A stretch of DNA of 62,803 bases, the filler included, from Chiloscyllium plagiosum (lineage: Eukaryota): assembly GCF_004010195.1 (NCBI RefSeq). It is 4 parts of one record of this genome, joined end to end, with 100 filler letters (N's around TTAATTAATTAA, not from the genome) between each part and the next. Parts side by side here need not be neighbours in the genome. Positions count along the whole stretch, not along the records: positions 18,593 to 48,904 come from NC_057714.1; positions 49,005 to 61,647 come from NC_057714.1; 2 more parts are not named here. The stretch is one strand, 5' to 3'. Every line of letters starts with the position of its first letter. Positions within the stretch are counted from its first letter, which is position 1. Below, piece by piece: positions 37,629-49,152 of this stretch. A program made the translations under genes and the position numbers. The notes below the pieces were generated by a model. It saw only the letters and a program-made list of their open reading frames with translations. It did not search any database and had not been told where the DNA came from.

Positions 37629-38679
37629 CCTTAAAGGTCAGCAGGACTGGTACAAGAGTGACCCACATCACTTCACTACCCCTTATAGGATTATACAATC
37701 TCACATCAAAATATCACTGAAGGAGGCTATTCAGCCCAGTAAGTCCAAGTCAGTTGTTTTGAGGGTCAATCCATTTAGTACTACTCCCCATAACTCTAAG
37801 TTTTTATTTTATCCTTCAATTACTTATCCAGTTCCCAATATCTAAGAGTGATATTAACTATCCAGTAACTATCCAGATACCATCCAGGATTCTGAGGAAA
37901 TGTTTTTGAAAGCACAGAACTACTTGTTAATCCTCACCATCATCTGTTTTGAAGTTATGAAATTAATGAACTCCAGAGTACCTGAAAAATGCTTGGAGAA
38001 TATATATTATGGCCAATGGATTACTCAGTCAGAAAAGAATCTTGCTATTTATCAGATGTGGAGGGTAGGGGTGGGGTAGGGGAGTCTATGACCCAGTATT
38101 GCCTGTAATCATATCAACGTTCACCATCATCCATGTCTGATTGATAGCACTTTTCTAAAAACTCATCCAAGGAGAGGTTCAGATTGACACCTTCAGTGCC
38201 ATCCTTGTACAACAGACATTTCAAAAGTCACAGGAAGATATGTTACCAACTCATGGATACAAGTACTCTCTACACTAAGTATGAGAGCACGAACTTTCAA
38301 GTGATTCATTTTCTGTTCCCACCAATGTTTAATAAAGCAAATCAAAGTTCTGGGTATAGGAACTCGACTTCTAGGTTTCTCCAGCTTCTATTCTTGATAG
38401 TTGAATGTGATCATTGCCTAAACATATTGAATCAGATGCCGAGGATCAGACATCTTGAATTGCTAAGCCTGTGAAAACAAATAACCAGAATGGTTTTCCC
38501 TTTGTTAAAACACACACAGCCAAAGCTGATGACAGACATCTAATACTCAAATTTATTGCTTAACAATACCATGAAGAAGATTAATGCTGCTGATGGCTGA
38601 GCTTTCAATAAATCATTTGATAATGTGATTTATCATTGTTGGGGCTGGAATATGAAAAGGAGCAAGATGTGGCTTTACT

Positions 38680-39200
38680 TGCACAGAGCCTCAGTCAGAC
38701 CCTCTATGGAAACTGTTCAAATGTTTGCACCACATTGCTGGAAGAATATACCTAGACTGGGTGGGATACAATGATGATATAAGTGCTTAAAGGTATAAAT
38801 TATAGAGACAGGTTGTAGAAAGAGAACTTACATTCCCTTGAGTACAAAGGGCTGGAAAATGATCTAATCTAACCTAAAAAAAGTTATAAAGGCTTTCTTT
38901 GAGTAGACATGAAGTGATTTCTCCGAAAGGGAAAATCAAAAATGAAAGGACATAATCTTAAAATTTAGAGCTAGACTTTCAGGATTCACTTATGTGCAAA
39001 TGATAGTAAAAATCTGGAATCCTCATCACCAAAATGTGGAACAAATTGAAGCTTTAAGCCTGAGATCAATAGATCTTTGTAGCTAAAAGTATCAAGGGGC
39101 ATTGAGGTAAAACTGTATATAGTGTTGAGATATAGACCAGCAAGGATCTGATTGAATGGTGAAGCAGATTTGAGGGAGTGAATGGCCTACTCCGGTTATA
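38680..39200 (+). mobile_element. Old CR1 3' fragment
   Basis: Degenerate CR1 C-terminus and 3' UTR (GATCTGATTGAATGGTGAAGCAG...GAATGGCCTACTCC). Confidence 0.6.
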
Positions 39201-39451
39201 TAGGCGAATATCACTTGATCTGCTACTGCCCAATTTACTAAAGATTTGGCTGCCAGCACATGTAATGTAAGTTGCATTATTCAAGAATCAAGCAGCATTC
39301 CAAACTCAAATGATTGTTTGAGATTTGAAAAACAATTGGCAGGAGGTTAGATAACTCGGGTTTCATTTTTTAAAAAACTGACAAACGGAAATAATATTAT
39401 GAAGCTTAAACTTCCTCTGATTAAAACCGCATTAAGCATGTGGAAATAATA

Positions 39452-39681
39452 ATAGCTCTGGAAATTTTTTTGGGAGAAAAGTAAAACAAAACCTTTTATG
39501 GGAAAGCAAGTGAGTGAGAGAGAGAGAGAGCACTCAGGATTTAATATGAGGTCAGGTGACCTGGGATAGCTCTGGAAAATTTTTTGGGAGAAAAGTAAAA
39601 CAAAACCTTTTATGGGAAAGCAAGTGAGTGAGAGAGAGAGAGAGAGCACTCAGGATTTAATATGAGGTCAGGTGACCTGGG
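39452..39681. repeat. Two-copy tandem duplication (114/116 bp)
   Basis: Copies differ only in (AG)n length and the A/T-run boundary. Confidence 0.9.
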
Positions 39682-40119
39682 GCGATTAATTCCCTAACTC
39701 TTCCCATCGGAAAGAAAGCTCGCTGGATCCAGCACCAGTCAGGGACTGAAACAATATGTAGAAAGTTTCTGATCCAATCAGCAACCTAACTATTGATGTC
39801 CTACCCAGCCTGCGGCTGTCAGCCAAGCAGAGGTGTCACAGGAGGCCATGCTTGCCTCATTGGGAAGTTTAAGCCATTTTTCTTACCTGCCAGGAAGGCA
39901 ATAATTGGGCAGTAGTGGATTGAGGTCTTCAATTAGGTGTTAATTGACCGCTGGTGTCTCACTGGTGTCAGGTTGAGAAGGTCAGACCTGTATCATCTCA
40001 CCCAGAACCTAAATGCTGAGATGACAGGAAGGGAATGAGAATCTAACTGGTGTCAATCTTCCCAATTACTCATGCTTCCCACCTCCCTCCTCACCACATT
40101 CACAGAGAGTAAAAGCATA

Positions 40120-40735
40120 CCTAGAGGAGTTGCATATTAGAGGATGTCTTGCTGCAGTGAGGCCACACTTTGAGTATCATGTGCAATTTTGGTCTCCTAG
40201 TCTGAGGAAGCATATTGTTGCTATTGAAGGGGTCCAGTGAAGGTTCACCAGACTGATTCCCAGGACAGATGGACAGACATATAAGGAAGACTGGATCCAT
40301 TGGGCTTGTACTCACTGGAATTTAAAAGAATATGGGAAGGCGGTGGTGGTGGGGGGGATCTCCTAGAAACATGTAAACTCCTGATGGGACTGTACAGACT
40401 GGATGCGGGAAGGATGTTCCCAATGTTGGGCAAGTCCAGAACTATGGATCACAGTCTAAGAATAAGGCGTAAGCCATTCAGGACTGAGATAACGAAGAAT
40501 TTCTTCCCTCAGAGTGGTGAACCTGTGGAATTCTGTCCCACAGGAAGCTGTTGGGGCTACTTCATTAGATATATTCAAGAGGGAGTAGGATGTGGCCCTT
40601 GCAAAGGAATCAAGGGGAATGGGGAGAGGGCAGGAATTGGATACTGAGATTGCATGATCAGCCATGATCATATTGAATGGTGGTGCAGACACCAAGAGCT
40701 GTCTCCTCCTGCATCTATTTTCTGTGTTTCTATAA
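40120..40735 (+). mobile_element. CR1 3' fragment
   Basis: LGLYSLEFKR...DHSLRIRRKPFRTE...NFF. Confidence 0.85.
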
Positions 40736-40749
40736 CACACACACACGGC

Positions 40750-41740
40750 TGATGACATGTAGGAAATGCAACTGGCACACAGCAAGCTCCCATAAACAGC
40801 AAATAATGACCAAATAATCATTTGTGAGGTTGATTGAGGTATAAATATTAGCTAGGACATTAGAGATAATTCTGACAAAAACAAATGTTTGAAGTATTAA
40901 GGATGTCGAGGGAGAAACAGAATTGATGGTAAAGGATTGTTGTCACAATGGAGGTGTTGCCCACTGGAGAAAGGAGGTCCAATACAGTTTAAGTGCTGTC
41001 AACCGGCTTTCCAAGGAATTTAGGATGCTGTGAGCAAAAGTCCAACTCCCACCAACAAAGATCTGCTGAATGTTGTTTGTCTGCTGGATCCTAGGATACT
41101 AGCAAAAAGGCAGGAAGGGGTTGCGGGAAGAGGATCAGAGAAAAGGGTGATTACAAGCCAGGACAGAGGATGGCTTCCAAAGGACCTCTTTCCCAATGCC
41201 GAGTCACTCTATCAAGCACAGAAATCCTGACAAAGAGGAACACCTCACACCACTCTCAATAGGGACAGAGCCAAACCCAAGTGGGAGACACGCAAGAACT
41301 ATATTAATCCCACTTAATCCGTGAGCAAGCACTGATTTCCATGGGCTCAGGATTAATTTGTGTCAGGTGTTCATTAATGAGAGTAATTAACATCCCATCA
41401 CCAGGAATCCAACTTTCACACCACACACGAAATCGTGCCCAACATGCCTGTTTTGGTGGGCTCAACTAAATTCTGCTCAATGCTTCCAGTAAATTTGTTC
41501 TTGACTTGCTCCTCTGCCCTTCAAAATAATACGACAGATTATTTTATTGCGACTGAGCAGGTAGATCGTGCCTTGGCTTTACATCACATCTGAAAGAGGG
41601 TATGCCCAGCAGTGCAGTACTCAATCAGTACTGCACTTGAGTGTCTGTCTCAAATTTTGGAGTCTAGCCTTGAAATGGGACCTGAACCAAAACCATGTTA
41701 CACAGAGGTAAGACATCTGCAATCGAACCCAAGGCTAATA
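40750..41740 (-). mobile_element. SacSINE1/DeuSINE-like SINE split by a ~600-bp insertion (~40875-41500)
   Basis: 40750-40870 and 41510-41740 match, in reverse complement, the 3' and 5' halves of 52770-53210. Confidence 0.6.
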
Positions 41741-41763
41741 AACAATTGGCTTTTTCTGCCTTC

Positions 41764-41994
41764 TAGATTAGAATATATTACATTACAGCATGGAAACAGG
41801 CCCTTCGGCCCAACAAGTCCACACCGACCCGCCAAAGCGCAACCCACCCATGCCCCTACATTTACCCCTTACCTAACGCTACGGGCAATTTAGCATAGCC
41901 AGTTCACCTGACCTGCACATCTTTGGACTGTGGGAGGAAACCGGAGCACCCAGAGGAAACCCACGCAGACACAGGGAGAACGTGCAAACTCCAC
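41764..41994 (-). mobile_element. HE1 SINE truncated by a gap
   Basis: Close match to 7120-7340. Confidence 0.9.
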
Positions 41995-42419
41995 NNNNNN
42001 NNNNNNNNNNNNNNNNNNNNNNNNNNNNNNNNNNNNNNNNNNNNNNNNNNNNNNNNNNNNNNNNNNNNNNNNNNNNNNNNNNNNNNNNNNNNNNNNNNNN
42101 NNNNNNNNNNNNNNNNNNNNNNNNNNNNNNNNNNNNNNNNNNNNNNNNNNNNNNNNNNNNNNNNNNNNNNNNNNNNNNNNNNNNNNNNNNNNNNNNNNNN
42201 NNNNNNNNNNNNNNNNNNNNNNNNNNNNNNNNNNNNNNNNNNNNNNNNNNNNNNNNNNNNNNNNNNNNNNNNNNNNNNNNNNNNNNNNNNNNNNNNNNNN
42301 NNNNNNNNNNNNNNNNNNNNNNNNNNNNNNNNNNNNNNNNNNNNNNNNNNNNNNNNNNNNNNNNNNNNNNNNNNNNNNNNNNNNNNNNNNNNNNNNNNNN
42401 NNNNNNNNNNNNNNNNNNN

Positions 42420-42617
42420 GAACTGACAACCGGAAGCGGCAGAGACAAACCACTATAAATGCCGGAGGAAACATCACAGAAGCGCTTCACAGGAGGTTCC
42501 CAAGCACTGAGGATGTCACCTAGACAGGGGACAAAATGTCTGCAACACAAATTCCCAGCTCGGCGAACAGAACCACAACAACGAGCACCCGAGCTACAAA
42601 TCTTCTCACAAACTTTG
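42420..42617 (+). mobile_element. PLE pLTR (family D) with CpG-decayed hammerhead
   Basis: GCA-CTGAGGA-T-GTCACCT-AGAC-AGGGGAC-AAAAT-GTC-TGC at 42504-42543; TATAAAT upstream. Confidence 0.65.
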
Positions 42618-42754
42618 TTGATCTTTCTATGTTTGAAAATGTTGTGGGCTGTAATTTAGAGTAATTGGATGGCTTTAAAGATATCTTTAGCCCATACAAG
42701 AGGAAAGTAGCAATGATCATATGCCTTGCTGCTTACTCACACTGAAACATGTGC

Positions 42755-42988
42755 AGTCTGAGGAAGCATATTGTTGCTATTGAAGGGGTCCAGTGAAGGT
42801 TCACCAGACTGATTCCCAGGACAGATGGACAGACATATAAGGAAGACTGGATCCATTGGGCTTGTATTCACTGGAATTTAAAAGAATGTGGGAAGGCGGT
42901 GGTGGTGGGGGGGGATCTCCCAGAAACATGTAAAATCCTGATGGGGCTGTACAGACTGGATGCGGGATGGATGTTCCCAATGTTGGGC
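42755..42988 (+). repeat. Local non-tandem copy of 40199-40431
   Basis: Shares locus-specific features such as GGGAAGGCGGTGGTGGTGGGGGGG; about 7 differences. Confidence 0.85.
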
Positions 42989-43339
42989 TACACAAAGCCT
43001 TGACATTCTGCTAGATCTGAATTAAAGTTTAAATCTCTCAACCTCTCAGTTATGAAGCTGTTCTATTTTCATCTGCCTCCACAGCTCACTCAGATCTGTC
43101 AAAATTCAAATTCATGCACTTGTCACTTCTAGATGCTCATTTGTATTTTGTAGCTATCCCAAATGATCTTAAAGATGATGGGAGATCACTGCCTGACCAA
43201 TACATTTCCTGCTCAAATATTTCTACCCCAGCAGGATTAATTTCACTCTTGACTCTATTCTCCTCAAATTTTGTTTTTATTTATGCGTCTCATACTATAA
43301 TACGATATCCAAGATGTTTCTGCAAGAATTCCTCAAGAT

Positions 43340-44270
43340 GGTGACCCAGGCCCAATCATCTTCAGTTGCTTCATCAATGACCTTCCATCCACCCTAAGGG
43401 CAGAATTAGAGATGTTCATCAATAATTGTACAATGTTCAGCACCATTCATGACTCCTCATAAACTGAGGCAGTCTGTGTTTAAAAGCACCAAAATCTGGA
43501 TAATATCCAGGCTTGGGATGACAAATGGCAAGTAACATTCACGCCACACAAATGCAAGAAAATGATCATGTCCAATAAGAGACAATCTAACCACTGCCCC
43601 TTGACATTCAGCAGGTATTACCATCACTGAATCCTCCACTGTCAACATTCTGGGGGTTAGCATTGACCAGACACTCACTGGACTTGCCAGATAAAGACAG
43701 TGGCTACAAGACCAGGTCAGAGACTAGGAATATTGTGGTGAGTAACCCACCTCCTGGGTCCATTAGGCTTGTCCACCATCTACAAGGCACAAATCAGGAA
43801 TGTGATAGAATACTCCACGTTTGCCTGGATGGGTGCAGCTCCAATAACATACAAGAAACTTGACATCATCTAGGATAAATCTCGTTTGATAGGCATTTAC
43901 TCCCTCTACCATCGATGCTGAGTAGCAGCAGTGTGTAATATTTAAGAAATTCACTACGGCTCCATAGACAGCACCTTCCAAGCCCGCAATCACTTCCATT
44001 CGGAAGTCTAAGGATAGCAAATACATAGCAACTCCACTACTTGCAAGTTCCCCTCCAAGCCATGCACCATCCTAATTTGGAAATATATGACCATTCTTTC
44101 AGTGTCACTGGGTTAAAATCCTGGAAGCCCCTCCCTAACAACATTTGTGGGTCAAAGCACAGCACATGGACTGCAGCTGTTTGAGACAGCCACTCATCAT
44201 CACCTTCTCAAGGGTAAGTCGAGATGGGCAGTAAATGCTGGCCCTGCGAGTGACACCCTTGCTTCATGCA
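43340..44270 (+). mobile_element. Second CR1-clade LINE family, RT C-terminus to 3' end
   Basis: GPIIFSCFINDLP...LDNIQAWDDKWQVTFTPHKC...ILGVSIDQTL. Confidence 0.8.
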
Positions 44271-45899
44271 GGCTGGCAATATTGTCAATAGTCATTACTT
44301 ATATGGTTAGGCGGATTGTCTATGGACAATAGATCCTCTGTCCTTGGATATCACAAAAACAGAGGGCATGTTGTATCATTCCTCTAATAATATGGTCCAG
44401 CTTTAGCATACACTGACCTAAGCACAAGGACCTGCATATTTGGGTCTGAGTTTCAGAATGTGGGTTTCATGTACTGAATGCAGTGTATCATAATAAATTG
44501 TAACTTTAATTAACAGTTTAAAAAATAAGTTAGATGGAATTACTCTATGTTTATAATGACATAAGCAAAACATCTATAATTTCAAATTGCCTTTTATTTT
44601 CTATGCAACTATTTCCATATATATTTCTCTCAATGTCAGTAATCAACTATTCACTACCATGGAACTGACCGGATATGAAACCTATTTACAATCAGTAAAG
44701 ACGAAATAAAATAAACACATTATACAGTATTTTGGATAATACTGATTCACATTTCTTTTATATTAGTCACGGTTGAACAGAGGACTCCCAAAAAACAATG
44801 GTGTTAAAAGAACAGAACTAATTTTATAGATCAATTTCCTTATCTGCTTCCCTCATACTCCTTGGAATTGCACATTATAACAAAATCAGCAATGCTACAA
44901 TAAAACATTTAGCCACAAGCTGTAATTGCTGTTGGACATTCAGCATACAAACACTGACAGACAGATTGAATGTCTTATCTAAGTGAATGCAGCGTGTGCT
45001 ATGACACAACACTATGTGCAGCATTGACAAGTAAAGTGCAATGTTCTTTGAAAGGTGAAACCAATTACCAAAATGCAAAGAGGTGGTTAAAATCATGAAG
45101 ATTTGTTGAATAAAATTAATCCAGGGTTAAGATCTGATAAAAAATGAGCTCTGAATTAACTATCCAGCATACGAAGGGGATTTTGCCATGATTATGTTAT
45201 TTGGCAGATTTTCAGACAGCTCAAAGTCAAATTAATTTATCTTGTGTCAGATTACACATCGTGTTCGGAGCATGTACCAGTCCTGCTCTAATTCGAGAGA
45301 AGTGAAGTACAATAAGAATAAGTGGAAAACTGTAACAGAATCATTTATCATCTTGTGAAAAAACACCATAACTAATATTAGATTTCTTTTTGAAACCTCT
45401 AGAAACTTTCCTTTGATTTTGATAACCATTCACCTCAACTATTGAAGGAATTAATATAATAAATTTGAATGTAACAGAAAGATGCAACAGACACTGTGTG
45501 AGTGATGCAAACGTGTAATTGAGTAATGTTAAGCTGTCACTAAGTACTTGTTCTTACTATATACAGCCCCAATGTCAGCGTGACTTACACAACTATTGGG
45601 ACCATATAAGGTAACTGCGCAGACACTGCCTGACCCACCAAATGAGCTGGGCCAAAGATGCCAAAATGCAAATTAGAGGCAAAATCATTGCCACCATTGG
45701 ATAGAATATCCAGTTCTGAAGTAATACCAAATAATAACAAGTTTATTTCAAGCATTGCAAAAGTATGAAAGGGATGAAGAGAAAGATTGCTGTTTTTTCC
45801 ATGATTATGTTGTGCATGCTCAGTGGTTGCAAATAGAAGGAATTTATAATAAGTGAATTGCATCCTACATGAACTTGTACTCATTAAAATATTTGTTAC

Positions 45900-46335
45900 C
45901 TATATCTTAACTCACTGTAAACCCGCCATCACCTTCATGATTGCTGACTTTCACTGGCTCTCCATTCAAAAACTACTCAACCTTAAAATTGATCTTTCTC
46001 AATCACTTCACAGCCTCGCTGCTCCCTCTCTGTGCAGCTTCCTCCAATCTCGAAAACATTCGAGATATTAGCACATCTTTACTTCCCAGCTCTTGTGAAC
46101 TCGTTATTTAATTTCTTTATATTATTATTTATTTCAGATTCCTTGGCATTGAGTTCTAGAATTCCCTCCCTGCTGCTATCTTCTTTTAAAATACTGCTAA
46201 ACCTCAGGTCTTTGATCAGGCTTTTGGCCTTTTTTTTCTGCTTTCTCCTTCAGAAAGAAATGGCAAAACGTTTTTATTGATATGAGTCCTAATAAGCACC
46301 TTGTGACATTTTCCTAATAATGTAAGTTGCTGTAA
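45900..46335 (+). mobile_element. L2-like LINE 3' fragment
   Basis: ITFMIADFHWLSIQKLLNLKI...LHSLAAPSL resembles the L2 HITP.L..LHWLP..FKI..LHGLAP.YL motif. Confidence 0.6.
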
Positions 46336-47021
46336 TAAAACTGTGATGGAGAGATCTGTATGTCTTGATCTACTGCAATAAAGTCTGCTTGGTTAGCTCC
46401 CTATCTCCAACTCTCCCTGTTCACTCACTTCACTGTTGACACACAGTACTGCAAGATGCTCTATGGTAACTCGTCAATGCTCTTCTGAAAGCACCTTCCA
46501 AACCGCAACCTCTACCATTTAGGACAAGGGCACTTCCACCCAAGCCACACTCCACCCTGACGTGAAATAATGTTGCCATTCCTCCACCACTACTAGGTCA
46601 AGATTTTGGAACTGTCAGCCCTCCCCCAAAGGCACGGTGGGTGTACTTATTGTACTTAGAACTCAAGGACTGCAACAATACAAGAAGTCACCTCACCACC
46701 ATCTTAAGGACAACAAGGGACACGCAATAAATGCTGGCTTAGCCAGCAATGTCCACATCCCATGAACGAATCTTTTTAAGTCTCAGCATTTTAACCTACT
46801 GAGGTGAGCAACTCATTGAACCCTAGTACCACTAATTTACTGGAAAGCATATTTCCTTTTCCTGGTCCCAAGTGAAATAATATTGCCAACTGTTCTTTCT
46901 TGTCAGGTACTATCCTCAACCTGCAATTCTGCTGATATAATTCTGCTCCTCAAATTACCCAAAACTTCACCTTCAAACCTTACGAACTACTGAACCATTT
47001 CCAATCGCAGTTTGCTATCCA

Positions 47022-47441
47022 AAGTCCTTAGATATTTTTAATTTATTCCCATTTTTCCCAGCCCTTCATAGTTGAATTAATGATTGGCAGTTCTCAGATA
47101 TGGGACTTTCTCCATGACTACCACAGGTGATGTGCTGGAAAACTGGAGGTTGGCTAATGTGGTGCCACTATTTAAGAAAGATGGTAAGGAAAAGCTAGGG
47201 AACTATAGACTGGTGAGCCTGACTTCTGTGGAAGTCCTTAGATATTTTTAATTTATTCCCATTTTTCCCAGCCCTTCATAGTTGAATTAATGATTGGCAG
47301 TTCTCAGATATGGGACTTTCTCCATGACTACCACAGGTGATTTGCTGGAAAACTGGAGGTTGGCTAACGTGGTGCCACTATTTAAGAAAGGTGGTAAGGA
47401 GAAGCTAGGGAACTATAGAACGGTGAGCCTGACTTCTGTGG
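47022..47441. repeat. Two-copy tandem duplication (210 bp)
   Basis: 47022-47231 versus 47232-47441, about 6 substitutions. Confidence 0.9.
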
Positions 47442-48480
47442 TGGGCATGTTGTTGGAGAGAATTCTGAGAGACAGAATTTATATGAATGAATTATGAATG
47501 ATTTGAATTTATTGTCACATGTACCAAAGCACAGTGAAAAGCTTTGTCTTGTGAGCAATACAGGCAAATCACATAATTAAATAGCATAGATAAGTAAATA
47601 ATAGGTAAACAGCAGCAAAAACCAAAACACAGGTACAGGCGAATACTAAGATTTTGACAGTCCATTCAGTATTCTAACAACGGTAGGATAGAAACTGTTT
47701 TGACACCGGCTGGTGCGTGTGTTCAGGCTTCTGTACCTTCTCCCCAATGGTAGAGGTTGTAGAAAAACATTGCCAGGGTGGGATGGATCTTTGAGAATGC
47801 TGACGGCCTTTCCTTGACAGCAGGCCTAGTAGATGGATTCTATAGATGGGAGGTTGGCCTTTGTGATTGTCCGGGCTGGGTTCACCACTCTCTGTAACCG
47901 TCTCCAATCTTGAATGGTATGGTTGCCATACCAGGTAGTGATACATCCAGACAGAATGCTCTCGATGGTGCACCTATAAAAGTTGGCAAGGGTATTCGCT
48001 GTCATGCCAAATTTTCTCAGCTGCCTGAGCTACATGTATTTGGAAAGGCAAGGGTTAATTAGGGATAGTCAACATGGCTCTGTGCATGAGAAATCATGAA
48101 CTTGATTAAGTTTTTTTGAAGACATAACGAAGAGGATTGATGGGGCCAGAGCGGTGGACGTGATCTATATGACTTCAGTAAGGCGTTTGACAAGGTTCCT
48201 TATGGTAGATTGGTTAGCGCTGAAAATGTGTTGCTAGAAAAGCGCAGCAGGTCAAGCAGCATCCAAGGAACAGGAGAATCGACGTATCAGGCATAAGCCC
48301 TTCTTCAGGAATGAGGAAAGTAGAGTGGCTAGCAAGGTTAGGTCACACAGACCAGAGAGAGAACTAACTATCTGGATACAGAAGTGGCTCAAAGGTAGAA
48401 GACAAAATGTGGTGGTGAAGGGTTGCTTTTCAGACTGGAGGCGATGACCAGTGGTGTGCCACAAGAATCGGTGCTAGGTC
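47320..48480 (+). mobile_element. CR1 RT fragment interrupted by Rex1 (47485-48030) and PLE (48219-48319)
   Basis: ENWRLANVVPLFKKG...GNYRTVSLTSVVG...RDRIY resumes after 48030 as YMYLERQGLIRDSQHG; PLE TSD GTAGA(T/G)TGG(T/C)TAGC. Confidence 0.85.
47485..48030 (-). mobile_element. Rex1-type LINE 3' fragment
   Basis: Reverse complement LRQLRKFGMTANTLANFYRCTIESILSGCITTWYGN. Confidence 0.88.
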
Positions 48481-48904
48481 CATAGAACATAGAGAACATA
48501 GAAGAATACAGCGCAGTACAGGCCCTTTGGCCCTTGATGTTGCGCCGATCCAAGCCCACCTAACCTACACTAGCCCACTATCCTCCATATGCCTATCCAA
48601 TGCCCGTTTAAATGCCCATAAAGAGGGAGAGTCCACCACTGCTACTGGCAGGCATTCCATGAACTCACAACTCGCTGAGTAAAGAACCTACCCCCAACAT
48701 CTGTCCTATACCTACCACCCATTAATTTAAAGCTATGCCCCCTCATAATAGCTGACTCCATACGTGGAAAAAGGTTCCCATGGTCAACCCTATCTAAACC
48801 CCTAATCATCTTGTACACCTCCATCAAGTCACCCCTAAACCTTCTTTACACCATTGAAAACAACCCCAAGTGCCTCAGCCTTTCCTCATACGATCTCCCT
48901 ACCA
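48481..48904 (-). mobile_element. CR1/HER1 3' end
   Basis: EVYKMIRGLDRVD...RGHSFKL...RFFTQRVVSSWN; CATAGAA tail. Confidence 0.9.
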
Positions 48905-49004
48905 NNNNNNNNNNNNNNNNNNNNNNNNNNNNNNNNNNNNNNNNNNNNTTAATTAATTAANNNNNNNNNNNNNNNNNNNNNNNNNNNNNNNNNNNNNNNN
49001 NNNN
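48905..49004. other. Artificial scaffold linker
   Basis: N44-TTAATTAATTAA-N44. Confidence 0.97.
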
Positions 49005-49152
49005 ACATTGCCCGTAGTGTTAGGTAAGGGGTAAATGTAGGGGTATGGGTGGGTTGCGCTTCGGCGGGGCGGTGTGGACTTGTTGGGCCGAAGGGCCTGT
49101 TTCCACACTGTAAGTAATCTAATCTAATCTAAATCTAATCTAATCTAATCTA
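49005..49152 (+). mobile_element. HE1 SINE 3' end
   Basis: HE1 3' body with (AATCT)n tail. Confidence 0.9.

Noticed and set aside
41879..42550. Several long ORFs
   Set aside because: They are open only because of N runs; the flanks are SINE and PLE sequence.
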